DNA of 64,000 nt from Terriglobia bacterium (GTDB lineage Bacteria; Acidobacteriota; Terriglobia; 20CM-2-55-15). The position numbers and the translations under genes were made by a program. Positions 27,219 to 37,541 of the stretch are shown here, piece after piece. Position 1 is the stretch's first letter. Each line of letters begins with the position of its first letter. The stretch is taken from positions 224,001 through 288,000 of the forward strand of contig CBDAOY010000009.1 in assembly GCA_965198225.1 (NCBI GenBank), written 5' to 3'. The notes under the pieces were generated by a model, which was not told the origin of the DNA, made no database searches, and worked only from the letters and a program-made list of their open reading frames with translations.

Positions 27219-28682
27219 TTAGCTCGCAAGTTTCTTTCTGAGGGCTTCGTTTACACTCTTCGGGTTGGCGCGGCCACCGGTTGCTCGCATCACCTGGCCG
27301 ACAAACCAGCCGATCGTACCGGTCTTACCGGAGCGGTACTGCTCGACCGGCCCGGGGTTCGCCGCGATGATTTCATCGATGATTCCTTCGATCTTTCCGG
27401 CGTCGGTAATCTGCGAGAGATCCTTTTCCTCGATGATGTCTTCCGGCGACTTCCCGGTTCGATACATCTCCTCGACTACGGTCTTCGCGATCTTCCCGGA
27501 GATTGTTCCTTCCTCGACGAGCTCGATCATGCGGGCGAGCATCCCCGGGTTCAGAGCGAGCCCGGAGAGGTCCGTCAAATCGACACCGTCGTCCTTCATG
27601 AGGCGCAGCAGATCTCCCATCATCCAGTTCGCGACAGTCTTGGGTTTTCCGCATTCTGTGACCGCGGATTCGAAGAAGTCCGCCAACGCCCGTGTAGAGG
27701 TCAGAATGCCTGCGTCGTAGTCCGACAGCCCGTACTCTTCTACGAAGCGTCCGCGGCGCGGAGCCGGCAATTCGGGCTGCGTCCGTCGGATCTCGTCGAT
27801 CCACGCCTGTTCCAGCTTCAGGAGCGGCAGATCCGGTTCCGGAAAATACCGGTAGTCGTGGGCTTCTTCCTTGCTCCGCATCGACACCGTGTGCTGCTCG
27901 ACACTGTTCCACAGGCGGGTTTCCTGCACGACTCTGTCGCCAGCTTCGACGACATCAATCTGTCGTTCGATCTCATACTCGATCGCCCTTCGCAGGAAGC
28001 GGAATGAGTTGATGTTCTTCAGTTCGGTCCGCGTCCCGAGTTCCGAAGACTCCGGAAGGCAGATGGAAACGTTCGCATCGCACCGAAGACTGCCTTCCTC
28101 CATGTTTCCATCGCACACCCCCAGGTACTCCAGTATCTGCTTCAGACGAGTGAGGTAGGCTGCGGCCTCGGCGGCGGAACGCAGGTCGGGTCTCGTCACG
28201 ATCTCGACCAGCGGCACTCCGCTGCGGTTGAAGTCAACCTGGGTATGGCGGTCCGAGTCGGGAAATCCCTCATGGAGGGACTTCCCGGCGTCCTCCTCCA
28301 TGTGAATACGCTCGATGCCGATCTTCCGGGTTTCTCCTTCGACTTCGACCTCGAGGCGGCCGTGTTCAGCTATCGGCCTGTCGAACTGCGATATCTGATA
28401 GCCTTTCGGGAGGTCGGGATAGAAGTAGTTCTTGCGCGCCCATTGGGAAACGGTGTTGATCGTGCAGTCCAGGGCGATACCTGCCCGGATAGCCATAGCC
28501 ACCGCCTCGCGGTTCAAGACAGGCAACGCGCCGGGTAGACCGAGGCAAACCGGACAGGTATTCACATTCGGGGCCTGGCCGAAGCGCGTGGAACACGAGC
28601 AGAACAACTTGGAGCGAGTCAGGAGCTGCGCGTGGCACTCCAGCCCGATCACCGTCATGTATTTGGCGGTTGCTGATTCCAT
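27219..28682 (-). CDS. gatB: Asp/Glu-tRNA amidotransferase subunit B
   Basis: VIGLECH, RKNYFYPDLPKGYQISQ and HDYRYFPEPDL. Confidence 0.97.
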   Translation of the reverse strand: MESATAKYMTVIGLECHAQLLTRSKLFCSCSTRFGQAPNVNTCPVCLGLPGALPVLNREAVAMAIRAGIALDCTINTVSQWARKNYFYPDLPKGYQISQFDRPIAEHGRLEVEVEGETRKIGIERIHMEEDAGKSLHEGFPDSDRHTQVDFNRSGVPLVEIVTRPDLRSAAEAAAYLTRLKQILEYLGVCDGNMEEGSLRCDANVSICLPESSELGTRTELKNINSFRFLRRAIEYEIERQIDVVEAGDRVVQETRLWNSVEQHTVSMRSKEEAHDYRYFPEPDLPLLKLEQAWIDEIRRTQPELPAPRRGRFVEEYGLSDYDAGILTSTRALADFFESAVTECGKPKTVANWMMGDLLRLMKDDGVDLTDLSGLALNPGMLARMIELVEEGTISGKIAKTVVEEMYRTGKSPEDIIEEKDLSQITDAGKIEGIIDEIIAANPGPVEQYRSGKTGTIGWFVGQVMRATGGRANPKSVNEALRKKLAS

Positions 28683-28877
28683 CGTTTTAGCGTCGGGCCC
28701 AACGCCCCTTTCATTCCCAACTCTCAAGAGTGCACTTACTTGGCTCGACCCTAAGATCGCGGGCAGGCCAACGCCGGATGGTCCCGCACGCTTATTCTCG
28801 AAGAACACCAAATGTAGCACAACCGTAGACCGAGCCCCGCCGACCCACAGTCGGGAACGTTTCTGCGCGCCGAAACA

Positions 28878-28922
28878 CCCGGGGACAGGGCCGGGCCCCT
28901 GTCCCCCTCACATTGGTTCTCT
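28878..28922. repeat. Palindromic repeat family B
   Basis: CCCGGGGACAGGG-CCGGGC-CCCTGTCCCCCTCACATTGGTTCTCT. Confidence 0.8.
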
Positions 28923-28955
28923 AGCGAACCCCTCGCTTGATAGAATAGATAGTTT

Positions 28956-30022
28956 ATGATCAAAACCATCGAATGGACGGACGAAGGCGCATGATCGACC
29001 AGACGAAGCTGCCGACGGTGGAAGAGTACCCGGTCTTTTCCACTTACGAGGGCGTCGCTGAAGCGATCCGTTCGATGATCATCCGCGGAGCACCAGCTAT
29101 CGGCGTCGCCGCGGCGATGGGAATTGCCCTGGGGATGAAGAATTCCAGCGCGACGACTCTGGAACAGGCCCGGACGGATTTCGAAACAGTAGCGGAAAAC
29201 ATCACCGCGACGCGGCCGACGGCGGTGAATCTGTTCTGGGCCGTGGAAAGGATGAAAGTCCGTTTCGCCGGACTGGTTGCCGACGGCCTCGGGCTTGATG
29301 AACTCCGCGAACGACTGGTCCAGGAAGCGCTGGACATACAGCGTGAAGACATCGATTCCAACATGCGTATGGGTCGGATCGGGCAGGAATTAATGCCGTC
29401 CGGTGGAACGGTCCTGACCCATTGCAACGCCGGCGCACTGGCGACGGCCGGTTACGGAACCGCTCTTGGTGTCATCCGCGCGGCCGTCGAAGAGGGTAAA
29501 CGCATACGGGTGCTCGCCGATGAGACCCGGCCGTTTCTACAGGGAGCGCGCCTCACCGCCTGGGAGTTGTGGAAGGACAACATCGATGTCCACGTGATCT
29601 CCGACAACATGTCCGGCGCATTCATGCGTCAGGGATTGATTGACTGCGTGATCGTGGGAGCCGATCGGATCGCGGGCAACGGTGACGTGGCCAACAAGAT
29701 CGGAACGTATACCGTCGCCGTCCTGGCCGCCCAGCACGAGATCCCTTTCTACGTGGCGGCTCCGGTGTCGACACTGGACCTGTCGATCGCCAGCGGTTCG
29801 GAGATTCCCATCGAGCAGCGCGACCCATCGGAAGTGACAAACTTCGGTGGTGTCCGTGTCGTGCCCGAAGACGTCTCGGCCTTTAATCCCGCCTTCGACG
29901 TGACGCCTAATCAATTTGTGAGCGCGATCATCACCGACCGCGGCATCGCTCGACCGCCCTACGACGAGTCGCTGACCAACCTGGTGGCGGAAACCGACAG
30001 GGCCACGACCGGAAAGGGATAG
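28956..30022 (+). CDS. mtnA: S-methyl-5-thioribose-1-phosphate isomerase (frameshift near 28989; main frame from ATG 28991)
   Basis: [22 protein letters not shown] and [12 protein letters not shown]; N-terminal [11 protein letters not shown] lies in a different frame. Confidence 0.9.
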
Positions 30023-30038
30023 CGGAGGCCGAGCCGCG

Positions 30039-31121
30039 ATGGTAGTGCTGGGCATCGAAACCTCCTGCGACGAGACCGCGGCAGCCATCGTCACCGACGA
30101 AGGCCGGATCCTCTCCAACGTCATCCATTCCCAGGTGGACACCCACAGGCTCTACGGCGGGATCGTTCCCGAGCTCGCATCCCGTGAACACATCAAGAAG
30201 ATCCGGGCAATCGTCGACGAAGCTTTCTCGGTCGCAGGAATCGAATTGGCCCAGCTCGACGGCATCGCGGCGACTCGTGGCCCGGGACTAGTCGGCTCAC
30301 TACTCGTCGGACTGACTTACGCGAAGGCCATAGCGTTCTCGACCGGCAAGCCCCTGATCGGCGTGGACCACATCGAAGGCCATATCTACTCGGTTTCCCT
30401 GGAGCATCCGGCGGTCGAGTTTCCGGCCGTAGCACTCGTGGTCTCGGGTGGTCACACGAATCTCTTCTGGGTGGAGTCGAAAACCGGGAGCTGGTCGCAC
30501 CTTATCTACAAACTGATCGGAAAGACACGCGACGATGCAGCCGGAGAGGCATATGACAAGGTCGCGAAGTTGCTGGGTCTTCCCTATCCTGGCGGTCCGG
30601 TAATCGATCGTCTCGCCTCGCTCGGCACCCGCGGCACGATCCGCTTTCCGGTGGCGAGGATCTCAGACCAGACGATGGATTTCAGCTTTAGCGGAATCAA
30701 GACGGCCGTGTTGAGGAAGGTTAAAGACGAAGACCTGGAACCGAAGGACGAAGGCCAGAGCCGGGAAGACTCCGATCGACTGAACCTGTTGACCGGATTC
30801 CAGGAGTCGGTCGTTGAAGCCCTGATCTCACGAACGATGAAGGCGGCGCAGATGTACCATCCCCGTTCGATCATGCTGTCGGGCGGCGTCGCAGCAAACA
30901 GCCGGTTGAGGGAAGCGATGGCCCAAGCAGTCGCCGAACGAGACCTGGCCTTCTATTACCCCAAACCCGCCTTCACCACCGACAACGCCGCGATGATCGC
31001 CGCTGCCGGCATGTTCAGGTTGAAGCGGGGAGAGCGGGACAGCTACGATGTGAGTCCCGATCCCACCTTGAAACTGGCGCCGGCCGCCAAACCATCGAAG
31101 GCCGGCCGCTGGAAGGATTGA
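30039..31121 (+). CDS. tsaD: tRNA t6A threonylcarbamoyltransferase
   Basis: LGIETSCDET, HIEGH, DDAAGEAYDK and TDNAAMIA. Confidence 0.97.
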   Translation: MVVLGIETSCDETAAAIVTDEGRILSNVIHSQVDTHRLYGGIVPELASREHIKKIRAIVDEAFSVAGIELAQLDGIAATRGPGLVGSLLVGLTYAKAIAFSTGKPLIGVDHIEGHIYSVSLEHPAVEFPAVALVVSGGHTNLFWVESKTGSWSHLIYKLIGKTRDDAAGEAYDKVAKLLGLPYPGGPVIDRLASLGTRGTIRFPVARISDQTMDFSFSGIKTAVLRKVKDEDLEPKDEGQSREDSDRLNLLTGFQESVVEALISRTMKAAQMYHPRSIMLSGGVAANSRLREAMAQAVAERDLAFYYPKPAFTTDNAAMIAAAGMFRLKRGERDSYDVSPDPTLKLAPAAKPSKAGRWKD

Positions 31122-31177
31122 GTAGATCTTGATGGGTACGATCTGTGAGCATCGTCGTCGAGATATCGGAAGGCCGT

Positions 31178-31357
31178 GTAGGTGCGGTCTATGACCGCAC
31201 ACTGTTCCAGCTTGAGGGAGGCGTGGGGGAACCGGACCAGCTATCTTTCTCCACACACCCGCGCACCGCGATCGGTATTCGAACGCTCAAACTCTCGTCG
31301 GGAGAGGGACGGTGGGCCCGACGCTAATGAATGGTTCCGCTCATAGAGCGCACCAAG
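31178..31357. repeat. Family A REP pair enclosing a family C element
   Basis: REP on + at 31178-31200, degenerate inverted REP near 31335-31357, CGGTGGGCCCGACGCTAAT at 31310-31328. Confidence 0.75.
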
Positions 31358-31370
31358 CAGCCCGTGGCCG

Positions 31371-31931
31371 CTAGACCGTCAGGATCTCTTCTTCCTTCTT
31401 CTTCGCAATCTCGTCCAGCTTTCCGATGTAGCTGTCGGTGAGCTTCTGGATCTCATCGAGAGCGCGGTGTTCGTCGTCTTCGGACATCTCCTTGCTCTTG
31501 AGATGCTTCTTCATGACGTCGTTGCCGTCCCGCCGGATGTTCCGGACTGCCGTCCGGTGGTCCTCGAGAACCTTGTGGACGTGTTTGGCCAACTCCCTGC
31601 GCCTCTCCTCGTTCAAGGGAGGTATCGGAATGCGGATCAATCGCCCGTCGTTGGCTGGATTCAACCCCAGGTCGGACGCCAGGATCGCCTTCTCGACCGT
31701 GGCGATCATCGTGGCGTCGTAAGGTTGAACCGTCACCAGAGTCGGCTCGGGTACCGCGAGGGACGCGACTTGATTGATCGGCGTCATGGTGCCGTAGTAA
31801 TCGACTTGAATATTGTCGAACAGAGAGACCGACGCCCGACCGGTCCGTATCGACGACAGTTCCCGGCGCAGGTCTTCGACGGCTTGCTCCATCCGGTGCT
31901 TGACGTTCGCGAGTTCTTCCTTGGTCGGCAC
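31371..31931 (-). CDS. frr: Ribosome recycling factor
   Basis: IRTGRAS, PPLNEERR and VRNIRRD. Confidence 0.97.
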   Translation of the reverse strand: MPTKEELANVKHRMEQAVEDLRRELSSIRTGRASVSLFDNIQVDYYGTMTPINQVASLAVPEPTLVTVQPYDATMIATVEKAILASDLGLNPANDGRLIRIPIPPLNEERRRELAKHVHKVLEDHRTAVRNIRRDGNDVMKKHLKSKEMSEDDEHRALDEIQKLTDSYIGKLDEIAKKKEEEILTV

Positions 31932-31953
31932 GACCCTTACCTCCGGTGAGACC

Positions 31954-32667
31954 CTATTGAACGAGTGACCCGATCTTTTCGCCGAGGATCACGCGCTTGA
32001 TATTTCCCCGCTCCCTGATGTTGAAGACGATGATCGGCAGGCTGTTGTCCATGCAGAGCGATATGGCGGTGGTGTCCATGACCCGGAGCCCCTGAGTCAA
32101 TACATCGATATAGGAGATCTCCGGAAACAACTTGGCGTCTGAGGTGGTCTCGGGATCGGCGCTGTACACTCCGTCGACTTTAGTCGCCTTCAGGATGACC
32201 TCAGCCTTGATCTCCATCGCTCTCAAAGCGGCCGTCGTGTCTGTGGAAAAGTAAGGGTTCCCCGTTCCGGCGGCGAATACGACAACCCGCCCCTTCTCCA
32301 GATGACGCACGGCGCGGCGGCGGATGTAGGGCTCTGCGACCTGGCGCATCTCGATCGCGGACAGGACCCGGGTATGGACGTCCGTGTTCTCGAGCGCATC
32401 CTGCAGCGCTAGCGCGTTGATCACCGTCGCGAGCATACCCATGTGATCGGCCGAAACGCGGTCGAAGCCCTGCTCACTGGCCGCCAGGCCCCGGAAGATA
32501 TTGCCACCACCGATCACGATACCGATCTCCACGCCAAGGTTGTGGATCTCTTTGACTTCAGCGGCGATACCCAGAACGATCTGCGGGTCGATGCCAAACG
32601 GCTGGGAACCCATCAATGCCTCACCGCTCAGCTTCAACAGGACCCGGCGGTATTTAGGCTCGGACAT
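31954..32667 (-). CDS. pyrH: UMP kinase
   Basis: [16 protein letters not shown] and GNPYFSTD. Confidence 0.97.
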   Translation of the reverse strand: MSEPKYRRVLLKLSGEALMGSQPFGIDPQIVLGIAAEVKEIHNLGVEIGIVIGGGNIFRGLAASEQGFDRVSADHMGMLATVINALALQDALENTDVHTRVLSAIEMRQVAEPYIRRRAVRHLEKGRVVVFAAGTGNPYFSTDTTAALRAMEIKAEVILKATKVDGVYSADPETTSDAKLFPEISYIDVLTQGLRVMDTTAISLCMDNSLPIIVFNIRERGNIKRVILGEKIGSLVQ

Positions 32668-33012
32668 CGGTCTGTGCTTTCTCTTGCGGCAGTTTTTGCC
32701 GCATGCGGGAGCAGAAACGCTCCCTGGCGGGATGCGAAACGCTCAGCCTTCCAGTGTGGCCCAGCAGACCTTGGCAGAAGTCTGATGGCTCGCGTTACGG
32801 CGGCGTTGCGCCAGATGCTAGGCGCCGGGCCGACCGGCCTGCGGGTCCGGAGAAATGTCGCGCGGCAATAACGCCCGCGAGTAACGGCGCCGTAACCCTC
32901 CGGGCGCACGGGGGTTGCGGTCGGATACTTTGTTGCTCGTCGTCATGATGAAACAGCATCAGTTCCTCCTCGCGCCTCGTCTCCGCCTCGCAAGACCCGT
33001 GCGCGCGAACCA

Positions 33013-33666
33013 TCAGACTTCTGCCAAGGTCTGCTCAACTTCGGCGGCCAGGTCGGCCGTCCTCTTCTCGATACCCTCACCGGTCTGGAAGCGGGCGAAC
33101 CTGCGAACCCTGATGTTTTCGCCGATCTTTCCGATCAGGTTAGTGATAAGTTGTTCGATCGTGACCGACGTATCCTTGACGAACTCCTGTTCGTACAGGC
33201 AGGACGTCTTGAAGAAAGCGCCCAGCTTACCCTCGGCGATTTTATCGATAATGTGGTCCGGCTTTCCAGAAGAACGTGCATGATCCCTGTATATCTCGCG
33301 TTCCTTCTCGACAACGTCTTCGGGAACCTCTTCGCGGCGCACGTATCCAGGATTCTGGGCAGCGATGTGCATTGCCACGTCCTTTACCAGGCCCCTGAAG
33401 TCGTCGTTTCGGCTCGCGAAGTCGGTCTCGCAGTTGACTTCGACGAGAACGCCGATGGTGCCTTGACCGTGGATGTAGTGGCCGATCATGCCTTCGGCCG
33501 CGACTCGTCCGGCCTTCTTCTGGGCCGTTGCAAGGCCTTTCTTGCGGAGGAATACAATCGCCTTCTCGATGTCGCCGTCGGTCTCGACCAGGGCGTTCTT
33601 GCAGTCCATCATTCCAGCCCCGGTTTTCTCGCGTAATTCCTTAACCTGCTGGGCGGTGATTGCCAT
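33013..33666 (-). CDS. tsf: Elongation factor Ts (short form)
   Basis: LREKTGAGMMDCK and EVNCETDF. Confidence 0.97.
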   Translation of the reverse strand: MAITAQQVKELREKTGAGMMDCKNALVETDGDIEKAIVFLRKKGLATAQKKAGRVAAEGMIGHYIHGQGTIGVLVEVNCETDFASRNDDFRGLVKDVAMHIAAQNPGYVRREEVPEDVVEKEREIYRDHARSSGKPDHIIDKIAEGKLGAFFKTSCLYEQEFVKDTSVTIEQLITNLIGKIGENIRVRRFARFQTGEGIEKRTADLAAEVEQTLAEV

Positions 33667-33777
33667 CGCTGTTCAACTCCTTACAAAAATCGGCGAAAAT
33701 TCTCGACTTCGGCCCTTGCTTCCGCACCCGACGTTGTCGTTCCCAGCGCGAGAACTTGCTTCGACTCGATCGCTTGT

Positions 33778-34002
33778 ATAGGTGCGCTCTATGAAAGTGT
33801 GAATTGTGGGAACGGAAATTCAGGTGGCGGGGCTTTTCACATGTAGGTGCGGTCTATGACCGCACAACTAGTGGTTCCGCGGGCATTTGTGCGCTCATAG
33901 AGCGCACCTACACTCGAGGATCGCGGTCTTCTTAGTGAAAAGTCCCGCCACCTGAATTTCCAACAAATTACATTCGTTCGCACCTTCATAGAGCGCACAG
34001 AC
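33778..34002. repeat. Nested ~220-bp inverted-repeat element with four family A REP units
   Basis: Outer half-REPs, 27-bp IR 33814-33840/33935-33961 (1 mismatch), inner REP pair 33843-33865/33889-33911. Confidence 0.9.
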
Positions 34003-34072
34003 AAGGGTTGGTGAGAAAAGCGGGTTAGGCGTCTGAAATCGGTGCGTTACTCCGTTGCGGGAAGCTTCGAGA

Positions 34073-35029
34073 CTATGTCTCGACGGACTCCTCTTGCTTC
34101 GATTCTTCGGCCGATTCGGCTTCTGTGGCTTCGACCGTCGGAGTGGTTTCTTCGCCACCTCCAGCGGCCTGGGTGGCCGCGTCTTCGGCGGTAACAGCTT
34201 CACTTTCGGGCGCTTCCTCAGCAACTGCCGACGGTGTCTCGACCGGTGCGGGAGCGGCTTGCGCTACTGGGGAGGCGACCTCCCCCTCTATCGCAGGCGC
34301 CCCTTCGGACGGAGCTTCAGCAACAGCGGGCGCGTCCTTCTTGGCCGCCATCGCCTGGCCCTCGAGAATGGCGTCGGCAACGCGCGAGCTAAAGAGACGG
34401 ATCGCGCGCAGGGCGTCGTCGTTGCCCGGGATCACGTAGTCGATGGAGTCCGGGTCACAGTTGGTGTCTACGATCCCGATAATCGGAATTTTCAAACGAC
34501 GGGCCTCGGCAACGGCGATCTCTTCCTTCCTGGAGTCGATTACGAAAATCGCGTCGGGCAACCGCGGCATGTCCTTGATGCCCGAGAGGTTCTTATCCAG
34601 CGAAATGCGCTGGCGTTCGAGCCGCAGGACTTCCTTCTTGGTCAGGAGTTCGTAGCGACCATCCTCCTTCATGGCTTCCAGGTCCTTCAGCCGCTGGATC
34701 GACTTCTGTATCGTCTGGTAGTTCGTCAGCAGGCCACCCAGCCAGCGCTGGTTCACGAAGAACATGCCGCATCGCGCGGATTCCTCCACCACGGCGTCCT
34801 GCGCCTGCCTCTTGGTGCCGACGAAAAGGAAGATCTTTCCCTGGGACGCGAGCTCCGTGATGAACTGGGTAGCTTCCTTGAAAAGACGAAGGGTCTTCTG
34901 GAGGTCGATGATATAGATGCCGTTACGTTCCCCGAAGATATAAGGTCGCATCTTCGGGTTCCAGCGCTTCGTCTGGTGACCGAAGTGGACGCCGGCCTCC
35001 AGCAGCTCCTTCATTGTGATTGATGCCAA
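34073..35029 (-). CDS. rpsB: 30S ribosomal protein S2 (acidic low-complexity tail)
   Basis: [20 protein letters not shown] and IPGNDDA; TTG start with GGAGG. Confidence 0.97.
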   Translation of the reverse strand: MASITMKELLEAGVHFGHQTKRWNPKMRPYIFGERNGIYIIDLQKTLRLFKEATQFITELASQGKIFLFVGTKRQAQDAVVEESARCGMFFVNQRWLGGLLTNYQTIQKSIQRLKDLEAMKEDGRYELLTKKEVLRLERQRISLDKNLSGIKDMPRLPDAIFVIDSRKEEIAVAEARRLKIPIIGIVDTNCDPDSIDYVIPGNDDALRAIRLFSSRVADAILEGQAMAAKKDAPAVAEAPSEGAPAIEGEVASPVAQAAPAPVETPSAVAEEAPESEAVTAEDAATQAAGGGEETTPTVEATEAESAEESKQEESVET

Positions 35030-35123
35030 CTAAACCTCCGTTTCAACGATTCGTTAATCGCCATGACGGGCAATGATCCCCAAACAGGCTCGCCCGGAAA
35101 GAGCAGGTCCGGGCAGCCGGCTT
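35030..35123 (-). promoter_or_regulatory. Structured rpsB leader (possible S2 autoregulatory RNA)
   Basis: Hairpin GCCCGGA/TCCGGGC at 35092-35114 upstream of rpsB; function inferred. Confidence 0.35.
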
Positions 35124-35516
35124 CTATCGTTTGGAGAACTGGAATCGTTTACGGGCACCCGGCTGGCCGTACTTCTTGCGCTCCACCATCCGGGGATCCC
35201 GCGTCAGAAAACCGGCCTTCTTGAGAATGGGCCGGAATTCCGGATTAAACTCCACCAGGGCACGAGAGAGACCGTGCCTGACGGCGCCTGCCTGTCCTGT
35301 AACTCCGCCGCCCTGTACATTGATAAGAATGTCGAATTTGTCCAGGGTCTCGGAGAGCTGGAGCGGTTGCCGGATGATCATCCGGTGCATCTCGTCGAAA
35401 AAGTACTGCTCGAAAGGTTTCTTGTTGACCTTGACGGCCCCGCTTCCCGGTCTCAGAAAAACGCGGGCCGTGGAGGTTTTCCGTCGCCCGGTGCCATAGT
35501 ACTGAACTGTACTCAA
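35124..35516 (-). CDS. rpsI: 30S ribosomal protein S9
   Basis: YGTGRRK...[19 protein letters not shown]; TTG start after GGGAGG. Confidence 0.97.
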   Translation of the reverse strand: MSTVQYYGTGRRKTSTARVFLRPGSGAVKVNKKPFEQYFFDEMHRMIIRQPLQLSETLDKFDILINVQGGGVTGQAGAVRHGLSRALVEFNPEFRPILKKAGFLTRDPRMVERKKYGQPGARKRFQFSKR

Positions 35517-35559
35517 TAATCCTCCCAACGCCGGGGATGTCGGCGCGGACCATCTATCA

Positions 35560-35997
35560 CTATAACTTTTCGATAACTTCGGGTTTCTGCGCGGCATGCG
35601 GGTGCTCGCCGCCCGCGTAAATGCGCAATCGTTTCGCCATCTTCTTGCGCAGCTTGTTTTTCGGAAGCATGCCGAGTACGGCCTCCTGAACGATGCGCTC
35701 CGGCCTGGTTTCATACAATCGCCGTGCCGAGACTTCCTTCAGGCCGCCAGGATAGCCAGTGTGCCGGCGATAAATCTTCTGATCCATTTTCTGTCCGGTC
35801 AGTCTAACTTTACCGGCGTTGATAATGACGACGTGGTCGCCCGTGACAAGAAACGGAACATAACCGGGCTTGTGCTTCCCGCTCAACAGCGTCGCTGCGC
35901 GCGTCGCCAGACGGCCCAGTACCTGATCGGCAGCATCGATGACGTACCAGTTGTCGTCGGCGTCGGCTTCGGCCCGGGTCAAGAATCGTGTGGACAT
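35560..35997 (-). CDS. rplM: 50S ribosomal protein L13
   Basis: WYVIDA, LGRLAT, GKHKP and HTGYPGG. Confidence 0.97.
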   Translation of the reverse strand: MSTRFLTRAEADADDNWYVIDAADQVLGRLATRAATLLSGKHKPGYVPFLVTGDHVVIINAGKVRLTGQKMDQKIYRRHTGYPGGLKEVSARRLYETRPERIVQEAVLGMLPKNKLRKKMAKRLRIYAGGEHPHAAQKPEVIEKL

Positions 35998-36034
35998 ACT
36001 CTTAGCTGTCTCCCAGCGTGTGCACAAAATCATG

Positions 36035-36064
36035 ATAATATACTGAGGCTAAACAAGATGTCAA
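36035..36064 (-). promoter_or_regulatory. Sigma70 promoter for the rplM operon
   Basis: TTGACA (36064-36059), 16-18 nt, then TATATT/TATTAT on the - strand. Confidence 0.65.
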
Positions 36065-37425
36065 GATGCCTACTCCGTCTGGCAGGGGCCTTCTTAGTTG
36101 TTCTGGGGCTCCAATTCTCCCTCCACGGAACCCAAAGTCAGGCCGATGCGCTCGGCACGGTTTCGGACCTCTTGCTCCGCGACGAATTCGAAGAGGCCGA
36201 AGCCCTTCTCCAGGATCTTCCGGACAGCCCCCAGGTTGCTGCCTTCGAAGGGGAAATTGCGTTTCGAAGGGGCCATTTCGGCGAGGCGCGCGACCAGTAC
36301 TCGGCGGCCCTGGACCAGGAACCCGACACGGCACGCGCCCATTTCGGTCTCGGCAAACTCGCTCTAGGGAAGATGCGGGCCATGGAGGCCGTTCAGTACT
36401 TGACGCGAGCGGTCGAACTCGCACCCGAGGAGCCGCTCTATCGGTTGACGGCTGCCGAAGCCTGGGGAATCGACCAGAATCTGGAAGAACAGAGACGCCA
36501 TCTCGAAGCCTACCTCGCGCTGGAACCCACGTACAACCCGGACCGGGTCACCGAAGTCGAGGCCGCGCTGGAAGTCATCCGGGCCTTTGGCTCCGACAGG
36601 ATGGGCATCTATGACATCGGCGAAAGCCAGCAGCCGATACCGATCTCGAAAGGCATCAACCTTATATTTGCCAACGTCATGATCGGCGAACAGGGGCCGT
36701 TCGAGTTCCTCGTCGACACGGGCGCGTCCCAGACCGTTTTCACCGAGAAACTCGTCGGACAGCTCGATCTGACGCCGATAACGACCACACTCGTTCACGG
36801 CATCGGCGGTGATGGACAGGTCGAAACGAGCATCCACCGAATAGACCACTTCACGTTTGGGGATATCGAAGTCCTGAACCTGCCGGTCGGCACGATATCC
36901 GATCCCCTCCTGAGCGAGATCGCCGACGGAATCTTCTCGACGGCGACCTTCAGCGATCACGTCCTCACCATCGACTACCCGCAGAGTCGAATCGAATTCG
37001 ACGCGACGGAAGAGGCCGCCCTCGACACGATCCCCTCCTGGTTCTTCAACAACCTCGTCCTGCTACCGCTGAAGGTCAACGGCGAACACGAGGGTCTCTT
37101 TCTGGTCGACACCGGTGCGGTCACCACTGTCGTTTCCCACAGCCTGGCGGCCACGCTGGGTGTGGATGAAGACACGCCGGGGGCGAAGATCGATCTCGGT
37201 CTTGCCGGTATCACCGGGTTTGAAGGATCCGTGCTTCGCGTCGACGACGTCACGTTCACGACCCCGAAGAACCGGGAGGAATACTCCTACGTCGTTTCGA
37301 TCGACATGCGGGAGATCTCGAATATGCTCGGGACCGAGATCAGCGGGGTTGTCGGATACGACTTCCTGGAAAACTACCGCGTCACCATCGACTTCCAGAA
37401 AGCGGAAGTCCGCCTGTCAAAGTAG
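36058..37425 (+). CDS. Exported TPR + twin retropepsin-like aspartyl protease
   Basis: Signal peptide, TPR helices, two FLVDTGA motifs, SGVVGYDFL. Confidence 0.85.
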   Translation: MSRCLLRLAGAFLVVLGLQFSLHGTQSQADALGTVSDLLLRDEFEEAEALLQDLPDSPQVAAFEGEIAFRRGHFGEARDQYSAALDQEPDTARAHFGLGKLALGKMRAMEAVQYLTRAVELAPEEPLYRLTAAEAWGIDQNLEEQRRHLEAYLALEPTYNPDRVTEVEAALEVIRAFGSDRMGIYDIGESQQPIPISKGINLIFANVMIGEQGPFEFLVDTGASQTVFTEKLVGQLDLTPITTTLVHGIGGDGQVETSIHRIDHFTFGDIEVLNLPVGTISDPLLSEIADGIFSTATFSDHVLTIDYPQSRIEFDATEEAALDTIPSWFFNNLVLLPLKVNGEHEGLFLVDTGAVTTVVSHSLAATLGVDEDTPGAKIDLGLAGITGFEGSVLRVDDVTFTTPKNREEYSYVVSIDMREISNMLGTEISGVVGYDFLENYRVTIDFQKAEVRLSK

Positions 37426-37471
37426 GCGCATTAGCCTACTTTCCTGCATCAGCGTCGAGCGAAACGTACCG

Positions 37472-37518
37472 AGAGAGAGCCAGTGTGAGGGGGACATAGC
37501 CCTGTCCCCGGGTCTTCG
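37472..37518. repeat. Palindromic repeat family B
   Basis: GTGTGAGGGGGACATAGCCCTGTCCCCGGGTCTTCG between convergent genes. Confidence 0.75.
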
Positions 37519-37541
37519 CTAAGCAGAAAGGGCCGCGGGCG

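Noticed and set aside
34055-35023. Long antisense ORFs (also 27192-28007, 42106-43218, 18883-19935, 14143-15057)
   Set aside because: Shadows of well-supported genes on the opposite strand, expected in high-GC DNA
35596-36057. Long N-terminal extensions in the ORF track (protease, gatB, NDP-sugar synthase, hisD, lgt, rpsI)
   Set aside because: They overlap other genes or repeats; downstream starts match family N-termini
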